Shown piece by piece: positions 57,378 to 64,000 of a stretch of 64,000 bases of DNA. Within the stretch, counting starts at the first letter, position 1; the number at the start of each line of letters is the position of its first letter. The translations under genes were made by a program, and so were the position numbers. The DNA is from a virus: IMG/VR virus record IMGVR_UViG_3300045806_000013, positions 7,044 to 71,043 of that record, one strand, 5' to 3'. The notes under the pieces are model-generated. The model saw nothing but the letters and a program-made list of their open reading frames with translations, was not told the origin of the DNA and made no database searches.

Positions 57378-57911
57378 ATGAATTATCTACCTAGTGCAAT
57401 TGGTGCTGAATCTACATTACTCGAATTAGCGAAGACCGCAAAGGATACCCCAGAAGGATGTTTTGTTGAAGTTGGTGTGTATAAAGGTGGGTCTGCATCG
57501 TACCTAACAGAACTGGCAGAGCAGCAGTCTCGTAAAATCTTCTTATATGATACATTCGAGGGTATGCCATTTCAGGGAGAGTATGATGGACATGCCGTTG
57601 GTGAATTTAGTGATACCAGTTTTGATGCTGTGAAATCTGCGTTGCCATATGCTATCGTCACTCAAGGGATATTCCCAGATAGTGCAATTGAAATGCCAAA
57701 GATCGCATTTGCTCATATTGATGTGGATCAATATAAATCATATATCGACTGCATCAATTACTTATCACCACTCATGGTGTCTGGTGGGATTATGTGGTTT
57801 GATGATTATGAACTAGAGGGCGCTAGACGGGCTGTCGATGAACTTATAGGGGTTGATAAAATAATCTCGGCTAGCAGTGGATATGGTCGAAAATATTACA
57901 TATTCCCCTAA
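57378..57911 (+). CDS. TylF/MycF-family O-methyltransferase
   Basis: EVGVYKGGS, DTFEGMP, HIDVDQY, FDDY. Confidence 0.85.
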   Translation: MNYLPSAIGAESTLLELAKTAKDTPEGCFVEVGVYKGGSASYLTELAEQQSRKIFLYDTFEGMPFQGEYDGHAVGEFSDTSFDAVKSALPYAIVTQGIFPDSAIEMPKIAFAHIDVDQYKSYIDCINYLSPLMVSGGIMWFDDYELEGARRAVDELIGVDKIISASSGYGRKYYIFP

Positions 57912-57970
57912 TTCCATCAAACCATAAATACTTTAATAACCATAGTGTGTTATAGATCAACAGGAAACTA

Positions 57971-58975
57971 ATGAAATCATTTTCCCAGCTTGTAGAAGAA
58001 TTATCTCCGAAGAATAGAAAGCAAGTAATTGGACTACCACCAGTTGCTATTTTTATTACTGGTGGCCCAGGCTCCGGTAAAGATGTTACTGTGCGTGAGT
58101 GTATCCAAGCGCATTCGGCAACAGAATTGAATTTCATCCAAGCAATGGATTGCCTAAATGATAAGCATACACTGTCAGAGAAGACCGATGATTATCGCAT
58201 GGAGGGTATTAGAACTCGCAAGAATTTAATCATAAATGGGCCTGCGGATGATATTATGCGAATCACTACGATAAAAGAAGAACTAGAAGACCTTGGATAT
58301 AAGACCAAGATGATTTTTGTTTCCACCACCAATGAAGCGAGTAAGAAGAGAAATTCCACACTGCGCCGTATGATGAATGAATCTATGAGACAGGATAAAT
58401 GGGAGAAGTCCCAGCACAATCGTAAAGTGTTTTCCGAAATGTTTGAAGAATTTGACATAAAAGATAATTCTAAAGATACAAGCAACATATTCACTAAGCT
58501 ATATGAGACTGGTCCGGTTGTTATAAAAACGCCAGAACCCAAGATCGCCAAGTTTAATATGGATAAAGATCGCGCATCCCTAATAAAGCGCGGCAATAGT
58601 TCATTAACGATCCCAAAGGACATTAAGGCTGATGGTGTAAGTCAGTCCTATGATGCTAGACGCGGGGGTGGTAGTAGTTCCGCTGGCGCTGGATTGGGTA
58701 ATCAGACATATAGTGAATCAAGAGGCGGGACACGAGAATTCAGCAACGATGATGTGTCTACATTTTCCGCACAAGTGGGCGGACCTAAGCCGAACCCATT
58801 GGGGGAAAAGAAAACTCTGAGAAAATTTAGAGAGGCTATAGATAGTCCAAGTGTAGAAATGGGAGTTGGCGGTGTTCTTGGTGGGGCGTCAAATAAAGAA
58901 CCTATGGTTACGCCGATGGATAAATATGGTCAATCGGGTATAACAATAAAAAAGAAAAAAACAGGAGCGAAGTAA
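57971..58975 (+). CDS. P-loop kinase-like protein (AAA_33/zeta-like) with a low-complexity tail
   Basis: FITGGPGSGKD; late promoter CATAAATA at ~57923; starts MKSFSQLVEE. Confidence 0.65.
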   Translation: MKSFSQLVEELSPKNRKQVIGLPPVAIFITGGPGSGKDVTVRECIQAHSATELNFIQAMDCLNDKHTLSEKTDDYRMEGIRTRKNLIINGPADDIMRITTIKEELEDLGYKTKMIFVSTTNEASKKRNSTLRRMMNESMRQDKWEKSQHNRKVFSEMFEEFDIKDNSKDTSNIFTKLYETGPVVIKTPEPKIAKFNMDKDRASLIKRGNSSLTIPKDIKADGVSQSYDARRGGGSSSAGAGLGNQTYSESRGGTREFSNDDVSTFSAQVGGPKPNPLGEKKTLRKFREAIDSPSVEMGVGGVLGGASNKEPMVTPMDKYGQSGITIKKKKTGAK

Positions 58976-60561
58976 TGTTCACACAGTCTAAAGTATCTCA
59001 ATCAATTATCTCTGCAGTATCTAAAGTTATTGAGGAAAGTGCTGCTAAGTTACTTCTGGAGCCAGAAAAGAAAACAAAAATGCCGGAACGCATTCAAGGT
59101 GATATCGTGAAGTCTCGTGATGATAAACGTGCGTCCACTGGACATAATGCCGTAGCAGAAGAACATTCAGATGAAAAAGAAGATAAAGCTCTCGTGAAGA
59201 AAATGGTCAAAAAGGATGCATTGAAAGGTGAATCTAAAGAGACCGATTTAGATTCACACCATAAAATGACATCAGAAAGCCAACACCGCCAAAACTATAT
59301 GGATGCCAATCCAAAGGAAAAGAATGGTGGAGATAAGCCAAAGACAAGCTGGAAACGTGATCCAATTACAGCATTTTCCAATGCTATTCATGATACAGTT
59401 GCGTCAAAATTAGGCAAGAAAAAGACAAATGAAGAAGTTGAAACATTAGATGAACTATCACGCAAAACACTTTCATCATACACCAAACAAGCTTCTGCCG
59501 ATCTGAGTGATAAATCATATTCTTCTGGGCATGGGCATGGAAAACGCGGTGTCCCTAATATTAAATTAGATAGGAAAACTGACAAGAGACAGCAAGGTAT
59601 AGAGAAGGCGGTTGATCGTCTGGCAAAAGAAGAAGTTGATTTGAATGAAGCTAAGTCAGGCCATGAAATCTATCATAGTCAATATTCTGGTGCAGTGCAT
59701 CATGCATTGGCCCACCATGCATCCAAGGAAGGATTGTCCGTCCACGACGATGACTACCATCAGCATGTATCTATTGGTCCTCGCAAGCCAGCCACTGGCG
59801 AGACCGTAAGTCATCACATCCCAGCGCACAATGAGAAAGGTGAGCCACACACTATTCACATGCAGATTTATAACCGTGGTGGCGATATGAAACCGTATGA
59901 ATTGAATTCATATTCAAGTAAAATCCCTAAGCGCCAAGTTAAAGAAGCCACCGAAAGTAAGAAGACATTGAAGCACTTTAAGGCACAAAAGGAAGACATT
60001 GGTGGTATCTCTTCTATGAGTGAAAAGAAAGCGGATACTCAAGTTCGAGTTGATGGTGAGACAGATATGGACACCAAGACGATTGATACGCTGACCGGAC
60101 GTAAACGAGTTAAAGCGGAATATCACAATAAGCCACTATCGTATAAAGTTGGTTTGACTGTGGGAGAAGAGGTTCAGACAGAAGGATTCGCAGATGATTT
60201 TTTAGCCCATGCCAAATCAGTGCAAGCAAAGGCAGGTAAACCTGTAACTGCCCGTATGAGACCGGCGCCAGTTAAACCAAAGACTGGTGAGACGAATGAA
60301 CCTGGACACACCAAACGAGAAACATCCGGAGACGAGAGGGGTTATGGGAAGGGTCGCTATATGGGAGATAGCGTCGAATTGGATATAACCAAAGCAATCG
60401 CCGAACATAAAGGGCCAGAGTCTGATTCAGAGCCATTCGTCACTAATGCGAACCCCACCAACTCCCCATTAGGGATTGCTAAATCGATGGCACATAGAGC
60501 ATTCAAAAAGATCAGAATGGAAACAATGGGTAAAATCGGCACATCTGAGGGTAAGAAGTAA
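58975..60561 (+). CDS. Putative internal head protein (charged, modular)
   Basis: Many (L/V/I)xE sites, ELSRKTLSSY module, His-rich module. Confidence 0.55.
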   Translation: MFTQSKVSQSIISAVSKVIEESAAKLLLEPEKKTKMPERIQGDIVKSRDDKRASTGHNAVAEEHSDEKEDKALVKKMVKKDALKGESKETDLDSHHKMTSESQHRQNYMDANPKEKNGGDKPKTSWKRDPITAFSNAIHDTVASKLGKKKTNEEVETLDELSRKTLSSYTKQASADLSDKSYSSGHGHGKRGVPNIKLDRKTDKRQQGIEKAVDRLAKEEVDLNEAKSGHEIYHSQYSGAVHHALAHHASKEGLSVHDDDYHQHVSIGPRKPATGETVSHHIPAHNEKGEPHTIHMQIYNRGGDMKPYELNSYSSKIPKRQVKEATESKKTLKHFKAQKEDIGGISSMSEKKADTQVRVDGETDMDTKTIDTLTGRKRVKAEYHNKPLSYKVGLTVGEEVQTEGFADDFLAHAKSVQAKAGKPVTARMRPAPVKPKTGETNEPGHTKRETSGDERGYGKGRYMGDSVELDITKAIAEHKGPESDSEPFVTNANPTNSPLGIAKSMAHRAFKKIRMETMGKIGTSEGKK

Positions 60562-61577
60562 TGTCCAGAACTCCAAAGGACGTAATTAAAGGTGTTGTTA
60601 AAAAGCCAGCACCAGCGTCAACAACAGGAACCGACCCAAGCGATCCATGGTCAGCAAAGGCTGGAATTGAAGAGAATGTAACATCTTCTCGGTCTGCACT
60701 ATTGACCAGATTCTATAAATCCAGAGGATGGAATGTGAATTATATCACCAAGAATAAGAAAGTGTCACAATCTAAGACTAATGAGTTTATTAAGTGGAAG
60801 AGCGATCATGGGTACTTCGAAGAAGTTGAGCCAATTCAGGAATTATCAGCAGATAAATTACGTGCATACGCAGACAAAGCCCAAGATTCTTCTAGGGACA
60901 ATTTAATAAAAAGAAGCATCGCCAAAAAATTGGGTGATGGTGATGCAGCCGACAAATATTTGGATAAATCATTGAGCAGACAATCCGGGGTGGATCACGC
61001 CAAAAAGAAATTGAATATTGAGTCCTCCGAAACTATTCTCGAATTATCAACTGATAAGCTGGCGCAATACAAGACCGCCGCGTCTAAACAAGCATCCGAA
61101 TTAGATAAGGCCGGTGGAAAAACTAATATTGAAAAAGCTAATAAGAGATTTGGTGGCATTATCAAGGCGACAAATAAGCAGTTTGATAATGATGCTAAAG
61201 TGGAAGATGTTGGCGATCCTCAATCTGCAACGCAATCTCCTGGTGATTGTGCCAATAATCCGGATGATGTGACACCAAGAAAAATGTCAAAAGCGGGTAA
61301 ACTGGTAAAAGAACTTCATGCGAAAAAACGAATGAATGAAGAGCTATACGATAAGGAAAAGGAAGAAAAAGCCGAAAAGCCTTATGGTAAAAAACCGAAC
61401 GAGTTGAAAAATGACAATCCTGATGATACCGACAGTGAAGTTGCAAATGCTCGTATGGTGATGAAAGGTGGTAAAACACTAACTGGACAGACTAGGGATA
61501 CAGTTCAAATAGACCCTATGATGAAGAATCGATCTAAGATGCCAGATTACAATAGCGGTAAGCAAATAAAACAATAA
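60561..61577 (+). CDS. Putative internal head protein
   Basis: Two ELS.DKL..Y..A modules. Confidence 0.55.
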   Translation: MSRTPKDVIKGVVKKPAPASTTGTDPSDPWSAKAGIEENVTSSRSALLTRFYKSRGWNVNYITKNKKVSQSKTNEFIKWKSDHGYFEEVEPIQELSADKLRAYADKAQDSSRDNLIKRSIAKKLGDGDAADKYLDKSLSRQSGVDHAKKKLNIESSETILELSTDKLAQYKTAASKQASELDKAGGKTNIEKANKRFGGIIKATNKQFDNDAKVEDVGDPQSATQSPGDCANNPDDVTPRKMSKAGKLVKELHAKKRMNEELYDKEKEEKAEKPYGKKPNELKNDNPDDTDSEVANARMVMKGGKTLTGQTRDTVQIDPMMKNRSKMPDYNSGKQIKQ

Positions 61578-61614
61578 GATAAATAGGTAATACCTTCAAT
61601 TAGGAGAACAACAA

Positions 61615-62184
61615 ATGTCAGCATGGTCAAACAACGATATCCAACTAAGCAAGCCTAAGTTCAATGCAGAACGTCAAACTAGAGAAGTTTTACAACTAAC
61701 CACAGCCAATTCCACTGCGGCATTCGCCAATACGATTATTTTCGTTGGCACTGGTGCTGGCATTGCAGCTAACCAAATTGCATATGCAGCAAACCTATCA
61801 TCCAATGGTGTTGGTGGTATGTTTAAGTCTAACAACTATGTTACTACGGTGACTGGTAATGTGGTTGGTTTTGCCGCAAACACTTTCGGTATTATTCCCG
61901 CAGGCACAATCATCGAATTGGATGTGTCTATTCCGGTTACGGCGAATAAGCCAGTGGAGCAGACATACAACTCAGATACAGTATTGGTGACACCAACCCG
62001 CTTGGCTAATAATACAGTAGCTGTTGGTGGTATTGGTGTCGGATGGGTTCATATCCAAAAGAAGATTAATGCTGATGGAAATACTCGATATATTTCTGAA
62101 ACATTAGTGTCAATGTCTTCTCCTATAGCAGCAAACACTAAGTCGGGAAATACCAGCTTCGCCCAAGTGTTCACTGGCGTTTAA
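61615..62184 (+). CDS. Putative virion structural protein
   Basis: AGGAG RBS; GWV...G.TRY..ETLV.M motif; Asn/Thr/Gly-rich. Confidence 0.55.
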   Translation: MSAWSNNDIQLSKPKFNAERQTREVLQLTTANSTAAFANTIIFVGTGAGIAANQIAYAANLSSNGVGGMFKSNNYVTTVTGNVVGFAANTFGIIPAGTIIELDVSIPVTANKPVEQTYNSDTVLVTPTRLANNTVAVGGIGVGWVHIQKKINADGNTRYISETLVSMSSPIAANTKSGNTSFAQVFTGV

Positions 62185-62200
62185 TTGTCTCTGTTATATT

Positions 62201-62587
62201 ATGTTTGAGAATTTGAATGAAGACAATTTGGTGATGTATGCCATAAAAAGCTACTCGTCTCCAAATTGTCTTATGTCCGAATTCGAGGGAGACTTCAAGA
62301 GAACCAAGTATATTAAGAGGTTGCTTAAGCGATATAGGATTTCAAAAATCCTCAAAGAGCGTCTCATATTAAATCACTTGATCATGCTTAATAATGTATT
62401 TGGACCCGAAGCGACAGCTAGGATAATCTTTCTCCGCATTGACGAAAAAGATTATAATGCCCTAAAGACATTTATGTTATATCTAAACATACTGCCGGAA
62501 AATGTTACGGGTATAGATGGAAAAAGTGTCCGCACTGATGTAATTCCTGTGGACATGAACATAGCAGAAGTATTGAGGAATATATGA
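62201..62587 (+). CDS. Conserved T4-like hypothetical protein
   Basis: YAIKSY..P.C..EF..D.KR.KYIKRL, LILNH.I.L.NVFG. Confidence 0.7.
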   Translation: MFENLNEDNLVMYAIKSYSSPNCLMSEFEGDFKRTKYIKRLLKRYRISKILKERLILNHLIMLNNVFGPEATARIIFLRIDEKDYNALKTFMLYLNILPENVTGIDGKSVRTDVIPVDMNIAEVLRNI

Positions 62588-62781
62588 AAACATTCAAAGA
62601 GTTTATCAATGAGGATGGTGGTGCGGCTGCGGTTGCAGGTCCTGCTAATGCTGTCGGATCGGGTGCTATAGCTGGTACTGGTGGTAAAGGTGGTGAGCCA
62701 GGGGTTAATTTAAAAAAGAAAAAAAATCCACCATATGATTATAGGGTTATGGGTCTTACTAGTAGGAACCCACCTAAGTAA
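62584..62781 (+). CDS. Small CTS-bearing Gly-rich protein
   Basis: MKTFKEFINE; PANAVGSGAIAG..GEPGV. Confidence 0.65.
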   Translation: MKTFKEFINEDGGAAAVAGPANAVGSGAIAGTGGKGGEPGVNLKKKKNPPYDYRVMGLTSRNPPK

Positions 62782-62792
62782 TAAGGATTTCT

Positions 62793-63377
62793 ATGTTTGA
62801 CTATATCGCATCACTTTTCACACTGAATTTTATTCTATTGCACACTCCTAATTGGATGGTGTGGGCTATTATAGTGTCTGGGGTAGTCCTACTCGCAGTT
62901 GAATCCTTCATGGATTTATTGATCCCGGTCAAATATAAAATATTGATCAAGATTATGGCAGTTGCGCTCTTTGCTTTCGGGTTCTATGCTGATGGAAAGC
63001 AAAGTGTATTAATTCCCCAACAGTCAGTGATTGAAAAAATTGTAGTTCAGGAAAAAATAGTCACGCAGACAATAGTTAAATATTTGAAACAAGAGCAGCA
63101 AACAACTGAGGTAAATCATGAAGCAATCATCAATTCTATTAACACTAAAGACGATCACCTTTGCATTATCCCTAACTCTTTTGTTGGGGTGTTCAATTCC
63201 GCAGCAGAGGATACCGTTCCCGACACCTCCACAGGAACTGATGGTTCCCCCTCCGGTATTGCACTCTCTGAAGTTGAACGCACCACAGCAGACAACTTCA
63301 ACACCTATCACCAAGTAGCGGAAGAATTGTCCGCACTTCAAGATTGGGTGAATAAACAAAAAGAAATTAATCCATAA
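62793..63377 (+). CDS. Putative i-spanin (Rz-like)
   Basis: N-terminal transmembrane segments, EKIVVQEKIV, CIIP.SF; next to the endolysin. Confidence 0.65.
   Translation: MFDYIASLFTLNFILLHTPNWMVWAIIVSGVVLLAVESFMDLLIPVKYKILIKIMAVALFAFGFYADGKQSVLIPQQSVIEKIVVQEKIVTQTIVKYLKQEQQTTEVNHEAIINSINTKDDHLCIIPNSFVGVFNSAAEDTVPDTSTGTDGSPSGIALSEVERTTADNFNTYHQVAEELSALQDWVNKQKEINP
63118..63318 (+). CDS. Putative embedded o-spanin lipoprotein (Rz1-like)
   Basis: Lipobox LLLGC then Pro-rich PFPTPPQELMVPPP; nested in the +1 frame of the i-spanin. Confidence 0.65.
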   Translation: MKQSSILLTLKTITFALSLTLLLGCSIPQQRIPFPTPPQELMVPPPVLHSLKLNAPQQTTSTPITK

Positions 63378-63385
63378 GTATTATC

Positions 63386-63994
63386 ATGTTAACTATAGAC
63401 AAATTCACATCTTGGTTCCCTGGAAATAAATTTGCACAGCAATGGGTGGAAGCTATCAATAAAGTAACCCCCGATTATGGATTGACCACACCAACACGAC
63501 TAGCTGCATTCTTAGCTGAATGCTCAGTCGAGTCTATGGATTTTACCGAACTCCAAGAGAATCTTAATTATTCCGCCGAAGGATTGTGTAAGACGTTCCC
63601 CAGTCATTTTTCAGGATTGGACGAAGCTACCGCATACGCACATAATCCAGAGAAGATAGCCAATCGAGTATACTCAAATCGCATGGGAAATGGTGACGAA
63701 TCTTCGGGTGATGGTTGGTTATATCGTGGTCAGGGGGTTATCCAATTAACAGGCAAGCAAAACCAACAAGCATTTGCCGATTCTATAAATATGATTATAG
63801 GGGATATCCCTAACTTCTTAGGAACATTCGAAGGTGCAATACAATCAGCTTGCTTCTTCTGGGAAGATAGGAATTTAAACGAATTGGCGGACTTGGGTGA
63901 TATAGATCAAATATCAAAGAAGATTAACGGTGGTGATAATGGTATAGATGTGCGCAGACAAAAATATCAAATTATCAAGAATACGATTGGGTAG
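63386..63994 (+). CDS. GH19 endolysin
   Basis: AAFLA...ES, ENLNYSA, GDG..YRG.G.IQLTG, INGG. Confidence 0.9.
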   Translation: MLTIDKFTSWFPGNKFAQQWVEAINKVTPDYGLTTPTRLAAFLAECSVESMDFTELQENLNYSAEGLCKTFPSHFSGLDEATAYAHNPEKIANRVYSNRMGNGDESSGDGWLYRGQGVIQLTGKQNQQAFADSINMIIGDIPNFLGTFEGAIQSACFFWEDRNLNELADLGDIDQISKKINGGDNGIDVRRQKYQIIKNTIG

Positions 63995-64000
63995 TTGATG

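Noticed and set aside
1-64000. Genome-wide stop-codon reassignment
   Set aside because: Core genes are full length in the standard code, all three stop codons are used, and no suppressor tRNA was seen

Overview
This window is a 64-kb segment of a T4-like myophage genome, almost entirely on the + strand. It holds a virion morphogenesis block (gp14-gp23, gp3) and a replication, recombination and late-transcription block (uvsY, uvsW, gp55, gp47/46, gp45/44/62, regA, gp43, uvsX, gp41). A ~13-kb RNA island (32.3-45.8 kb) carries about 30 tRNAs, several non-tRNA structured RNAs, homing endonucleases and a TROVE/Ro60-like vWA protein. A glycosyl/methyltransferase cluster, putative internal head proteins and a spanin/GH19 lysis module follow. 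Three observations stand out. (1) Six dispersed RNAs share a covarying terminal stem and a conserved RTWCNGCA...CTGTT motif but carry different tRNA-mimic cargo, and three of them lie directly upstream of the Ro60-like gene. (2) A 39-codon leader peptide containing all 20 amino acids, with an antiterminator/terminator pair, sits at the head of the tRNA array and is followed by an rrn-type boxA. (3) The large terminase is fractured by an atypically split, Ser1 intein with a free-standing endonuclease between the halves. All calls were made by eye from the sequence and ORF track; no database searches were run.
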